Assembly (NCBI GenBank): GCA_963755715.1
Contig: CAVWLW010000009.1
Span: 1-64,000, forward strand
Origin: an uncultured delta proteobacterium
GTDB lineage: Bacteria > Desulfobacterota > Binatia > UBA9968
Length of the DNA: 64,000 nt
Direction of reading: 5' to 3'
Shown here one piece after another: positions 41,635 to 52,593 of this stretch; positions within the stretch are counted from its first letter, which is position 1; each line of letters begins with the position of its first letter. The position numbers were made by a program, and so were the translations under genes. The notes below the pieces were generated by a model, which had not been told where the DNA came from, did no database searches, and was given only the letters and a program-made list of their open reading frames with translations.

Positions 41635-41907
41635 ATGGAAGCCGTGAAGATCATAACGCCTCCCGCCGAGCGAAAACCCTGCGTCTGCGGCGCCACTCTC
41701 TACATCTGCCGCGAGTCGACGGAACAACGCAGAAATCAAATGTGGCGCTGCGCGCGCCACTGCGGCGCGCGCGGGTTAACCTATGAGGGCGCGCTGCGGC
41801 GAAAACTGCGATTGGATCTATTGAGCTGGGGCGACCTAAAACGCAAAGCGCAAGCCTTAATCGAGGCTGACAATGAAGACCTAATAAATGTGTCGCTCCT
41901 GCAATGA
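41635..41907 (+). CDS. Small Cys-rich putative zinc-ribbon protein
   Basis: CVCG...C...WRCARHCG; RBS GAGG. Confidence 0.6.
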   Translation: MEAVKIITPPAERKPCVCGATLYICRESTEQRRNQMWRCARHCGARGLTYEGALRRKLRLDLLSWGDLKRKAQALIEADNEDLINVSLLQ

Positions 41908-42140
41908 ATCATCCCTGTCAACAAAGGGTGTACCGGCGAACACTGTTCACTGCGCTTGGAGGGGTCCAAGGCGACAACCATCCTACAATTGATGAAGCAT
42001 GGTAGACGCGGCAACGGCGATCTTAGCTGAAGTGGTCGCTCGTGAGAGATGCTGGACGTCATCCAGTGGTTAGCGTAAGTGTAGTCTGCTTTCGGGATGG
42101 ACTAATAGACGTTTCCCTTGCTTCTCAGGAGCGCCCCGGC

Positions 42141-42614
42141 TTGAATACATTTTGCCAAAGAGCCGTACTGTTTTTCGTAACCGGCGCGGGAGTGGGATAT
42201 TTTCCCCGGCTCCCAGGGACCATCGGAACTCTTGTTGCCATTCCGTTCTCGCTCGCGCTTAACCACATCGCCGTGCGCAACTTTCCACTTGCCGTAGCGA
42301 TTGTGGTCGGATCGATCTTCTGCGCGATATGGCTGTCGACCCAAGGGGCCAGAATTCTGAAACAGAAAGATCCGCAGTTCATCGTCATTGACGAGATCGT
42401 AGGCTTCCTTGTGGCCAATTTTCTTGCTCCTCCGCGATTGACTGCCTTGCTCTGGAGTTTTCTATTATTTCGCTTCTTCGATATCGCCAAGGTATTCCCG
42501 ACGAACAGATTAGAACGATTGCCGGATGGGGCCGGCATTGTGCTGGATGACGTAATGGCAGGCGTGTACACGCTCATCAGCTTGCGGCTGCTGTTGAAAA
42601 TGGGTTGGGCCTGA
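42141..42614 (+). CDS. pgpA: Phosphatidylglycerophosphatase A
   Basis: PGTIGT, KDPQFIVIDEIVG, FRFFDIAK, GIVLDDVMAG; start uncertain. Confidence 0.95.
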   Translation: MNTFCQRAVLFFVTGAGVGYFPRLPGTIGTLVAIPFSLALNHIAVRNFPLAVAIVVGSIFCAIWLSTQGARILKQKDPQFIVIDEIVGFLVANFLAPPRLTALLWSFLLFRFFDIAKVFPTNRLERLPDGAGIVLDDVMAGVYTLISLRLLLKMGWA

Positions 42615-42782
42615 TTTGTAGAACCGCCGGGCAACAGCGAGTACCATCGCAATCAGGAAATTCCAGCGGGATTCTGAAATTACAATGCAGTCGATTATAG
42701 TTTGCGTTCGTTTTTACAATGAGGACGCCACAAACGCGCCTCGGCGACCCAGCAAGCGGCTTTGAACCCATCGGCTGATGCG

Positions 42783-42905
42783 TCAAGTATGGAACCCCGA
42801 TTCGCTTGTTGCGACCTTTCTCAGGAGTCGCTCCAGCTTGTTGGAATCAATCGGTTTGATGAGATAGGCATTGAAGCCAGCCTTCAGCGCGAGCGCGATC
42901 GTTTG
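42783..42905 (-). pseudogene. C-terminal remnant of a receiver domain
   Basis: QTIALALKAGFNAYLIKPIDSNKLERLL; upstream frame closed. Confidence 0.7.
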
Positions 42906-43054
42906 GTGATGCCGAGGGATTCCCACTTGCCACACCTGAAAATATTTTCAGTATCAACTCGGAAGCCATAGCAAGACCCTAGAGCGCCTGTTAGTCTTCT
43001 ATCATGCGCTAATCGCATGCGCGCATCCTTTTGGCTGCGAGAAAGGGGACTGTT

Positions 43055-43645
43055 ATGAATAAAACTTCTTTTATTCTTTTTTTTCTCTATTCTCTTTTTG
43101 TCGCTTCACCTCTGTCAGCAGCTGCTGAGAGTCAAACATGGAAGGTGCGGCCCGGCGACAATCTCGACATCATTGCGACGACTCTTGAAATTCCCAAAGA
43201 AGAAATTAAAAACCACAATCCCGGGGTTCTGGAGAGCAATCTCCAAATCGACCAGAAGCTGAAACTGCCGCTTCACTCGTATGTAGAGAGTAAGACGCTT
43301 CAAGAAGAACTCAGCAAAAAAGATGAGCGGATTGGAACGCTTGAAAGAAAAAACGGTGATTTGGAAAAACAAATTGCTAGCGCAGAATCGCAGTTGCGCT
43401 TGCATCCCATTTGGCTTTGGGGATTCTGGATTTGTTTCGGCATCATTGCATTCATAGTTTCCGGCGCATATTGGATTTTTCGGCAAACCCACCCCCGGGT
43501 TTTTGAGCAACCGCATGACCGGTCGATCAGAGACTTAAAAGAAAGCCAAATGCGGGTGCGGTCATTTCCGCACGAAGAAGAAGGTGCAAGCAGCCACGGA
43601 GTCCAATGGCACCCGCCGCTGAAGCGGGTTCCCGCACACCGTTAG
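43055..43645 (+). CDS. LysM protein with signal peptide, coiled coil and C-terminal TM helix
   Basis: WKVRPGDNLDIIA...NP...LQIDQKLKLP. Confidence 0.88.
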   Translation: MNKTSFILFFLYSLFVASPLSAAAESQTWKVRPGDNLDIIATTLEIPKEEIKNHNPGVLESNLQIDQKLKLPLHSYVESKTLQEELSKKDERIGTLERKNGDLEKQIASAESQLRLHPIWLWGFWICFGIIAFIVSGAYWIFRQTHPRVFEQPHDRSIRDLKESQMRVRSFPHEEEGASSHGVQWHPPLKRVPAHR

Positions 43646-43979
43646 GCAGACAGGTGAAGCTCAGGTCGGCGCACTTGCGGCTCTAATGCTCCTGCGGCGC
43701 CTGAGCACGAGGACGGGCGGTGTTCAAAGACCAAAGCAAAGCGACACGGGGATTTAGGATTCCCACTTAGAAATCACGGAGAGATTTTCTGCTTTGCCAT
43801 CACTTTGCCAGTAAATGCGTACAATTCGAATCCATTCACCACTGACAGTTCGAATCACCCAGATGACAGGCTGCCGGGCTTTCTACAGCTGATCCGGATA
43901 GCCATGGATGATCGCTTTTCGGTCCACAATGCTGGCTCGCAAACATCTTGATCATTCACTCTTAACGCGAAAGTGAACT

Positions 43980-44768
43980 ATGCGGTGGGTTAAATTCGCT
44001 GCGATTGTTTCTCTCTGGGCAATTTTTTTTGGCCTCATAGTCCTCGTGCATCTGTGGATCAGTTTGCTGAAATTACCTAACCGTTGGGAGATCATCAGCC
44101 GCTTGACGTATAGCTTTTCGTTTCTTTTGAGAACGATCCTCAATATCAAGGTGACGGTCGCCGGCGATGCGGGACAAATCGATGAAGGCGATACCGTTAT
44201 CATCAGCAATCATCTCGGCTATGTGGACGGCTTTGTTTTGGGCAGCATTTTTCCGGTAGTTTTCGTATCCAAGAGGGAAGTTAAGAAATGGCCGGTAATC
44301 GGTCTGTGGGCGACCTTAGGCGGAACGATTTTCATCAACCGCCAGAAGAAGGGCGAGGTGGGATTGCTCGTTATGGAAATGAGCAAAAAACTCAAAGAGG
44401 GAGCGAATATCCTTCTGTTCCCTGAAGGACGCGCGACCAACGGCGAGCGAATGTTGCCCTTTCAAACTGCCCCGTTAGCTGCGCCCTTGCGCAATCGCTC
44501 GATCATCGTACCGGTGACTCTCGTATACACCCGTGTTGACGATAAACCCGTCTCGAAGGAGAATCGGGATTTGATTTATTGTTATGACGACATGGATTTT
44601 TTCCCACACTTTTGGAAGTTGTTATCACTTCGTAGCATCGAAGTGGTGGTGACGATTCAGCGGAAGATCGAGTGCTCTCGATACAAAGATAACTCTGCAG
44701 GCAGAAAAAAATTAGCGCTCGACTGCTATAATCGAGTTTTGGGGAGAGTTAACATTTTGCCCAATTAA
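43980..44768 (+). CDS. Lysophospholipid acyltransferase (PlsC family)
   Basis: SNHLGYVD, FINR, LFPEGR. Confidence 0.93.
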   Translation: MRWVKFAAIVSLWAIFFGLIVLVHLWISLLKLPNRWEIISRLTYSFSFLLRTILNIKVTVAGDAGQIDEGDTVIISNHLGYVDGFVLGSIFPVVFVSKREVKKWPVIGLWATLGGTIFINRQKKGEVGLLVMEMSKKLKEGANILLFPEGRATNGERMLPFQTAPLAAPLRNRSIIVPVTLVYTRVDDKPVSKENRDLIYCYDDMDFFPHFWKLLSLRSIEVVVTIQRKIECSRYKDNSAGRKKLALDCYNRVLGRVNILPN

Positions 44769-44790
44769 CTCAACCATACCCTGGGTCAGC

Positions 44791-45459
44791 TCATTGCGTT
44801 ACGCTGATATCAGAGCTGGGCTTGTTAAAAGTAAAATGATAGCGAATTCCAGTGTGATCGATTCCCTCATTCTGCGATGCTCCGAAAGCTCCGCCGCCCG
44901 ACATGTGATCAAAGAAAAGCGATAGTCCATGATTCCCCCAAAAAGTGGCCCCTATTTCTATCTGGAGCCGTGGCAGAACTCGCCGACCAAACCCGCAATC
45001 GCTGTCCAACCTGCAGCCGGTCACGTTCTTTTGTAGCGGGCCGGTGTGAACCGCCGTGCTTACACCGCCTGAAATCCAAAGTCTCTTGGTGAAATCATTG
45101 GTTAGGTTGTCCAGGAACCCGTTGGACAAGCTAGCCTCCCACGCGAGGCCGAGATAAAAAGCGCTCGTGTTCCCGGTGAAGTTCGGAGTAGCGCCGAGCA
45201 TCGCAGAAGGAGTGCCAACCCAACGCCACCATTTCCACTCAGGGGGGTTGAATTGCATCTCCCAGTTGGGGTCAACTCCGTTTTCTTTCTGATCACTTAT
45301 GAACCCTACATCGTGCAAGAGTATGCCAAACGCAACCTTGCGGACCCAAGGTTTGACCTCGCTCTTATCGGCGTCAGTGGCTGCGTCTTCCGCTCCCAAC
45401 ACGGCTCCCTGCAAGTTGCAAAGGAAAAAAACCACCGCAAGAATAATTCGAGTAGGCAT
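44791..45459 (-). CDS. Acyloxyacyl hydrolase / lipid A 3-O-deacylase (PagL-like) beta-barrel
   Basis: Signal peptide; DHMS.G...NEGID..GIRY catalytic region. Confidence 0.78.
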   Translation of the reverse strand: MPTRIILAVVFFLCNLQGAVLGAEDAATDADKSEVKPWVRKVAFGILLHDVGFISDQKENGVDPNWEMQFNPPEWKWWRWVGTPSAMLGATPNFTGNTSAFYLGLAWEASLSNGFLDNLTNDFTKRLWISGGVSTAVHTGPLQKNVTGCRLDSDCGFGRRVLPRLQIEIGATFWGNHGLSLFFDHMSGGGAFGASQNEGIDHTGIRYHFTFNKPSSDISVTQ

Positions 45460-45563
45460 TTGAAGAGCAATAACACAGTTTTGCAAGAAGGTCACTGAGA
45501 AAACCAATCACGCTGAAATTCTGCGCCTTCATGGAAAGAGAGGGGCAGTGCAATTTCTGAGAA

Positions 45564-45866
45564 TCAGGGCTTTACCTCCAGGTTGTTGACCACGCTCTTC
45601 ACGCCGCTTACCTTGCGCGTGATTTCTTCGGCTTTCGCTTTTTTCTCCGCTGAAGACACCGTCCCTTTGAGCTTGACCAAACCGTCGTCCCCGATATCGA
45701 CCGTGACCGCCTGCAAGGTCGCTTGATCCTCCCGCGCCAGTTGAGCTTTGATGGTCGCTGTCAATTTTGCCTTTTCAAATTCCGGCCCGGAAGCTTTTTC
45801 CCGGATCGTCTGGCAGCCATTGAGTATGCAGATCAGTAAGATGACTAGCGCGAAGATTTTGCTCAT
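45564..45866 (-). CDS. BON domain lipoprotein
   Basis: LNGC lipobox; GLVKLKGTV, VSGVKSVVNNL. Confidence 0.92.
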   Translation of the reverse strand: MSKIFALVILLICILNGCQTIREKASGPEFEKAKLTATIKAQLAREDQATLQAVTVDIGDDGLVKLKGTVSSAEKKAKAEEITRKVSGVKSVVNNLEVKP

Positions 45867-46167
45867 ATCAATCCTTTCTAAATGAAATTGAACGGCTTTG
45901 ACAAATATTCGGGACGGTCCGATTAATTTTGTCGTATTCATACACACTCGATCAGAGAAGCAACCGAAAGTTGGGCAAGATTTTAAAAGGTCTTTATGGG
46001 ACTCTTCGATGAAGTTACCAAAGGATTAACGGGAAAATTTTCGGGTAAGGTGCCCAAAATCCACTACTAGACACGGTCTTGAATACCAGGGGTCAATGGC
46101 CGGGTTGTGGGCCTCGGCTTCGGCGAAGTGCTCCACACAGCGTCTACCGCCCCGGCTTGTGGATACT

Positions 46168-46506
46168 TTACCTTCTTCCAAACCTATTTGGCCGGGTCAT
46201 AGCGGCTTGTGGCAACCGCCGCCGCGGTGTCGTTGGCCATACAGGTATACCGAATGAATAGCAGCAGGGTTGATATATTTGGTACGGCTGATAGGGCTGC
46301 AGATAGAGCTGGTAGTGCATCGCATGCAGCTCGTAATACGGATCATTTTGTTGCAAATACTGTAAATACTGCTGCCACTGCAAATATTGCTGATACTGAG
46401 CATCCCAATACGGATCGTAGTAAGGGCCATAGGACTGCGCGCGAAGATTCGGGGTGACTAAGACCAGCAAAATGAAAAGTGTAACTGTCGAGAATAACAA
46501 TTTCAC
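46168..46506 (-). CDS. Secreted Gln/Tyr-rich low-complexity protein
   Basis: Signal peptide, then YDPYWDAQYQQYLQWQQYLQYLQQ; RBS GGGAGGG. Confidence 0.7.
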   Translation of the reverse strand: MKLLFSTVTLFILLVLVTPNLRAQSYGPYYDPYWDAQYQQYLQWQQYLQYLQQNDPYYELHAMHYQLYLQPYQPYQIYQPCCYSFGIPVWPTTPRRRLPQAAMTRPNRFGRR

Positions 46507-47090
46507 CCGATTGCCCTCCCTTCAAAGTTTAGCAGATTGAGAGCGAGAAATAAGACAGCACGACGAAATTATCCGGCTTCGGTCCACTGCCCTCAATGCA
46601 AAACCAGTCGACCTTATCCGGGCAGAGAAAGAATTGCAGCTAGAGGGCATCATCGCTAAGCGCAAAGGCTCACTTTACGAGCGGAATCGACACCACAAGA
46701 CCGCCTTCCTTCCGTGCGCCGGCAACAACCCGTTCCCAATCAGCTTGAGAACTTGATTCGGCTCCCTGAGCAGAGTCGCCAGAGAAACGAGCCACAACAG
46801 GGCTAACAAAATCGAATTGCAGGGCAACATCACGATCACGATGAGCCTCAAAGAAAATTGGCTCCCTTCTCAGAAACCGTTCATGCCTCTCGCCATCATG
46901 CGAGTTGGAATTTCGTCATGGCGGTGAAAACCGGCATTCAGGTTCGTTTCGCTGAAGTTCAAAAAGCCGCCCGGATTCCGCATGCGCCGGAATGACGGAC
47001 GAGCCAGTCACCTTCCAATCGACAGTCAGAAAATTCCCCGGCTTTTGTCCATGCGTTGTTCAGGTTCGGCCATCAGCAGCCGCGACTCGG

Positions 47091-48147
47091 CTAGTTCAAG
47101 CCAAATATCCCGTTGTAGAGCTTGATCAGCTCCACTTGCTTTTCGTCCCATTCCACCGACGGTATCTGCATCTTCTTGCCCTTTAGGTCGGCGAAATAGT
47201 TGCCATCTTTTCGGCTCACCCAGCGCCCCTGGCCGGCCATTAGATCTTGTCCTGCTTTAGAAAGCAGGAAATCCACGAACAGCGCGGCCGCGTGCGGATG
47301 CGGCGCGCCGGCCGCGATCGAAATCGTCGTCGGCGTTTTAACCGCGACGAACGGCTCGGAAAAGATGAAATCCGCCGGCGCCTTGGCGTTTTTCATCTGC
47401 ATGATTTCTTCCGGAAAGGCATCGATGACGATCGGAAACTCTCCGGCCACGGCGAGCTGCACCAAGAGCGTCGGACCGCGCCGCAAGTTGAGCTGCTGCT
47501 TGGACAACCTGCCGGCGAGCTCCAGCGCCTTGCCGCGGCCATAATAGTCGATCAGCGACGCCAGCCAATCGTAATCCGTGGTATCCATGCCCAATTTATC
47601 TTTCCAGCGCGGATCGAGCAGATCTTCGAACGATTGCGGCGCCTTGTCGCGCGCAACCATGCGGGTGTTGAAAAGAAACACTCTCGGCTGAGCATAGATG
47701 CCGCTGATAAAGCCCTCCTTGTCGGTAAAGCCTTCGCGCAGCGACGCTCGCAGTGGCGTCCGATACCGCGCCACCGCGCCGGCCTTTGCCATCACGCCGA
47801 CGTAGGAGCGGCGCGTGTTGATGATATCGGCGCGCGGCTTTTTCGTGCGATGCTCGACGAGCAATTGCTCCAGCTGCCGTCCGGCACCGCCGGGTTGGAA
47901 TCTGACTTTCACGAATGGATACTTGCCCTCGAAGGCTTTGATCAGCTCACCTGCCCGGTCGTTCGCCATCGCCGCGTACCAAACCAGCTCGCCCTCCTTG
48001 CGCGCCTCTTTCTCAAGCGCATCGCCGCGAATTTTTCCGCCATGCGATTAACTTGATCCAACCGTTCTTCCACCGATACCGCTGCGGCGGAACCGGGCTG
48101 CACAGTAGAAGACTAAGACGACGAAGATCGCGCAATGACCCTTTCAT
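47091..48147 (-). CDS. ABC extracellular solute-binding protein (5' frameshifts)
   Basis: KEGELVWY, PQSFEDLLDPRWKD, APHPHAAALFVDFLLS. Confidence 0.88.
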
Positions 48148-48206
48148 CTAAGCTGCCACCTCTGAAATATCTTTTGTTTCACGTCCACCCTTTCGCCTCA
48201 CGGCCG

Positions 48207-49199
48207 TCATTGCAGCTTGGCGAAAAAACCCTTGCGGTCTAGCTCAGCAATGACGCTGCTGTCCATAAATTCCGAAGACCTTTTTATTTTTGAAAAGCGC
48301 ATCGGTGAACGCGATGCTTTCCAGTTCAAGCTGCACCGCCTCTTCGCGCGGATACGGTTTGCTCGGCATTCGACCCAACGAAGCGTCATAAATAACATCA
48401 AGCCGCTTGCGGTCTGTGACCTTCATCTGTTTGGCAATCACTTTTACGAGTTAAGTCTTTATTTCTCTTTCCGAGCGCGATGGCTTCGCCGCTCGCCATA
48501 AAAAACGCGCGCAACAAGTCCGGGCGAATTCTTCATCATATCGGTCCGCGTCGATAAATCGCCGACGGTGTTGTAGATCTTCATGTCTTCCAGATCGGCG
48601 AAAATCTCTATTTTCACTTTCGCCTGAGTCTCCGCCGCTAAAATACTTTCCGGACTGCCGATCGTGCCATCCATGCGTCCTTGCAGCATCAGCATGATTC
48701 GCTTGTCCGCTTCGCCGATGCCGGTGGCGAGAATCTTCACGTCCTTGTCCGGCGTCCAGCCAAGCTTGGACAACGCGCGTCGTAGGGCAAAATCGGTGGT
48801 GCTGCCAATTCTACTCGTACCTACGACTTTGCCGCGGAGATCGGTCACGCCGGGATTGGCGACTAATTTATAAGTCGTGCTGCCGAAGCTGCCGACGATC
48901 ACCACCGGCAAGCCGCGGCCCGCGGCGACAATGGTCGCCGAACCCGAGCCGCTGACAATATCGACCTCGCCGCTCACCAATGCGCTGATCGCAGTGTTCC
49001 CCGAGGGAATATTGATCAGCTTGGCGTCGAGGCCATACTTTTCGTAGAGCTTGGCTTCTTCAGCGATCCAGAGTGGCAAGCGAATACCCGAAGTCGTCGC
49101 ATAGGCGATCTTGATGGGAACAACTTGGCTTTCGCCCACTGCGACAAACGCCGCGAGCGCAACGAGAACAAGGACAAATAGCTGCGCGCGCATTTTCAT
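48207..49199 (-). CDS. NMT1/SsuA-type substrate-binding protein (frameshift ~48520)
   Basis: LPLWIAEEAKLYEKYGLD, DLRGKVVG; C-terminus continues in ORFs 48244-48441 and 48207-48401. Confidence 0.88.
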
Positions 49200-50228
49200 G
49201 ATTTCCAGTCCGAAGCGTTGCTGATCTGCTCGATACCGCCGAGGAGCTCATGTCCCGGTTGGCGCGACCACACGGAAACGAGTTGAGCAGCGTGCTCGCC
49301 GTCGTTGACATGTTGATGCACGATCATCGGCGGCACACAAATCAAATCTCCTTCCTCCCACGGATGCTGGGTGCCTTCGTGCAAGATCGTAGCCGCGGCC
49401 TTTGACCACCAACAAAAGTTCCTCGAAAATATGGCGATGCTCGCCGCTACACTCTCCGGGGCAATTTCCTGCGCCATCAAGTCAACGCCGCTCGCGGCCA
49501 CTTCGGCCCATCGGCTGATGTAGAATTTAAGTTTTCCCTGCCGGGTCATTTCCCACGAGCAGTCCGCGTCGCGGATCACGCGCGGATTTTCTCGCTCGAA
49601 TCGATTTTCGTCGGCGAGCCTGGATAAAAACCAGTCGTAGCGCGTTTTACCGGCCGTGGAGCGTGCGAACTTGCCGTCGTGACTTGAAACAGCGCGCGCT
49701 ATCTTTTGCTCTGATGCCGACTCGTTTCAGATCTTTCACCGTTAGACATGGGATCCCGCCACAAAAGCCCTTGCCCATGCCAGAGCCTGATCTGCGGCAG
49801 CCAGGCGCGAAAGCCTTGTGGCGAATCGCGATAAATTGGTACGTCGTATACGGCGGAATGATAACCACGTCTCCGGCCGCAAAGGAAACTCTAAGACCAT
49901 TCTGAACGGACTCGCCGCTCCCCTCGATAATATAAGCGATCAGTGAGGGCAGCATGCGCCGTGGCTCGGTCCGCGCTCCAGCTCGCAGGTCGAGAAAACC
50001 GCAGGTCAACATGCTCAGCGGAGCCACGGTGTAACGACTGAAAACGCGCATGTCTCCGAGCGCAAACTCGCCCTTGGCGAACATCGCGGGCTTGATCACG
50101 CGCGGCAGGATATTGATCCGCTCTTGCTCGCGCTTTTGTTTAACGAAGCGCGCTTCGTAATCGTAGTAATGCTCTGCTGTGATCCCGGCTTGGCTGCCTT
50201 CGTCTGCTTTCCGATTTTTCTGCGCCAT
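49196..50228 (-). CDS. Bicupin protein, gentisate 1,2-dioxygenase-like (several frameshifts)
   Basis: C-domain SGEHRHIFEE...PPMIVHQH; N-domain lacks His ligands. Confidence 0.8.
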
Positions 50229-50233
50229 TCTCG

Positions 50234-51382
50234 CTAATCTTGTCCGCGCTGCGTATCCGAGTATTCCGGCGCGTCTTCCAATTGTTCGATCCCGCCTAGT
50301 CCGAGCGCCACGCCGGCGCTCGGCATCGACGACAACAGCAAGGCTGGAAGGTCAGGATCGGCATTGAAATGTTGATGTTCCGCCATCGCAGGGATGCTGA
50401 CCAGATCTCCCGTTTCCCAATCCCAGCGCGTACCATCGTGAACGTCGTTGCCGCGCCCTTTGATGACGAGCACTTGCTCCTCCGTCATATGCCGGTGTTT
50501 GCCGGATCGGCTGCCAGGTGGAATCTCCTGCATGTAGAGCCAGACTCGCCGCGCCGCGCTGTTGATCTCGGGGTGGGTGAACCATTTCAGCCGTCCCTGC
50601 GCGCACCATTCCCACGGTTGCTCTTCGTAAGCGATCACGTGCGTCACGGTGTTGCAGAAAACACTCTCGTCGTGAAATAGCTTCAAATAGCGATCGTAGG
50701 TATTTTCGACTGACCCATTCCAGGAAGTCGCTTCCTTGCGCGCGCGAAAGACGCCTTCGGTTTTCTGATCGGCGCCGAGCATCACGTCGATATCTTCTTT
50801 GATCCCCAGCACGCCTTTTTTAATCCGGTAGCCGATCAATTTTCCCTGTTCGTCGTGAAGCGGCTCAGTTCCTTTGGGAAATGTCGGGTTGTCGCCGAAT
50901 TTGATTTGCTCGCGCTTGGTTAAACCCATCAGGCTGAACAATCGGCTTTGCGGCACGAAGATCTGGCAACCGGCATCTTCGTCGCCGCCATGCTGGTGAA
51001 TCGTGAACGGCGGAACCACCAGCATATCGTAGGTGGCGAACGAATAAGTCTTGCCGTCGTTGATTTCCCAGCCTCGGCCGCTGAGACAGAACAAGGTCGG
51101 CGCGCTAATATGGCGGTGCGCGCCGCGCGACGGCGCATGGGGTTGAATATCCGAGAAGTGAGACGTGAGATCGTACACCGGCGCGCGCTTGAGAATATCG
51201 TAACAAACGATATCGCCGGTCTGATGCGGGCTGCTGCTGCCCATCACCGTCCCCTGCACGGGAAGCAGCTTGACCACGCGCGGCAATTGTTCTTTGATCG
51301 ATTCTTCGTGCCGTTGATGCGCCAACGGATCGCTGGCTTCAAGACTCCCTTCCGCCTCCCAGGGCCATCGTTCTTCCATCAT
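50234..51382 (-). CDS. Bicupin protein, gentisate 1,2-dioxygenase-like
   Basis: AHRHIS...PPFTIHQH and SGKHRHMTEE...PAMAEHQHFN. Confidence 0.88.
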   Translation of the reverse strand: MMEERWPWEAEGSLEASDPLAHQRHEESIKEQLPRVVKLLPVQGTVMGSSSPHQTGDIVCYDILKRAPVYDLTSHFSDIQPHAPSRGAHRHISAPTLFCLSGRGWEINDGKTYSFATYDMLVVPPFTIHQHGGDEDAGCQIFVPQSRLFSLMGLTKREQIKFGDNPTFPKGTEPLHDEQGKLIGYRIKKGVLGIKEDIDVMLGADQKTEGVFRARKEATSWNGSVENTYDRYLKLFHDESVFCNTVTHVIAYEEQPWEWCAQGRLKWFTHPEINSAARRVWLYMQEIPPGSRSGKHRHMTEEQVLVIKGRGNDVHDGTRWDWETGDLVSIPAMAEHQHFNADPDLPALLLSSMPSAGVALGLGGIEQLEDAPEYSDTQRGQD

Positions 51383-51454
51383 CGAACCTCGTTTTTCTCT
51401 ATGAACTTGCCCATGACATCCGCCCAATGAAAGTCTCTATACCGTATCTCACAG

Positions 51455-51526
51455 TGTCATTCTGAGGCGAAGCCGAAGAATCTCGCCCTTTTTCAACAAG
51501 ATCCTTCGCTGGCGCTCAGGATGACA
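51455..51526. repeat. GTCAT-type palindromic hairpin
   Basis: TGTCATTCTGAGGCGAAGCCGAAGAATCT...AGATCCTTCGCTGGCGCTCAGGATGACA. Confidence 0.8.
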
Positions 51527-51583
51527 CACGAATATGCGAACCACCCTGAGTTACGCGACTGATGGCCGTCTGCCTCCATTGGA

Positions 51584-52579
51584 CTATTTCTTATACAGTC
51601 CGTCGATAAAACCCTGCTTATCGAGTTTCTCGATCACCTTCGTCTGAATGAACTGAGCCGGACTCGCCTTCCGCGCATCCAATCGCTTCGACCAGTCGAG
51701 AATCGTTTGAATGCCCTTCGCGGAGGGATACGGTTTCTCCGCGAGCAACTTCACGTAGAAACTATAGGCCTCTTGCAGTTCCTCAGTGTTTTCTAGTTTC
51801 ATATACTTCTTCATAATCATCGGGGCTTTGATTTTTTCGGTCTTATAGAAATGAATCCCTTCGATCACCGACTTGATCACCATTTCCGTGGCGAATGGTT
51901 CCGCGTCGTAGAACCTGCGGCTCGTCGTCAGCGCGGCGTTAGGCAGTTCCGAATCTCTCATTCCGGGAAGATCTTCGAAAAAATTGTAACCCGCCCGACG
52001 CGCCGCGAAAGTAAACGGCGGTGCCAACGTCGTCGCATCCACCTGACTTAATTGCAATGCGCCGAACCGGCTGGACGAAGGACCCACGGCGAGATAGCTC
52101 ACGTCCCGTTCAGGGTCAAGTCCGGATGCCGCAAGAATCATTTTCAGTGACAACATCGCAGGACCAATTAAACTGTTGACTGCGAGTTTTTTTCCTTTGA
52201 GTTGAGCGAGGTCTTTAATCTCCCGCCTTGTCACGAGCACTTGAGGCTCTTGATTGATCGGACTGGCGACGATGAAGATATCCGCGCCGCCGAGCACGGC
52301 GTCAACGACACCGCCGCCGCCGGCATTGATAAAGTTGACATCGTTGCTCACCAGCGCCTGCGTGGCGACCACGCCGCCGCGCATATAGACCAACTGCGCA
52401 TTGATGCCGTTCTTTTTGAAAAACCCCGCTTCCTTCGCAATCCAAACCGGCGCGTACTGTGGCGAAATCGAAGTGTAGGCAATCGTGACGTTGGCAAGCT
52501 TCTCTTGGGCGGCGAAGACTGCGTCACCCGAAAGCCAACTAAGGAAGAGGAGCGCAATGCAAGAGCCGAGTTTCGACAA
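51584..52579 (-). CDS. NMT1/SsuA-type substrate-binding protein
   Basis: APVWIAKEAGFFKKNG, LKGKKLAV. Confidence 0.92.
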   Translation of the reverse strand: MSKLGSCIALLFLSWLSGDAVFAAQEKLANVTIAYTSISPQYAPVWIAKEAGFFKKNGINAQLVYMRGGVVATQALVSNDVNFINAGGGGVVDAVLGGADIFIVASPINQEPQVLVTRREIKDLAQLKGKKLAVNSLIGPAMLSLKMILAASGLDPERDVSYLAVGPSSSRFGALQLSQVDATTLAPPFTFAARRAGYNFFEDLPGMRDSELPNAALTTSRRFYDAEPFATEMVIKSVIEGIHFYKTEKIKAPMIMKKYMKLENTEELQEAYSFYVKLLAEKPYPSAKGIQTILDWSKRLDARKASPAQFIQTKVIEKLDKQGFIDGLYKK

Positions 52580-52593
52580 GATGTTGCTCCAGC

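Noticed and set aside
46530-46900. Possible small Cys-containing gene on the minus strand
   Set aside because: Frames are interrupted and no family is recognisable.
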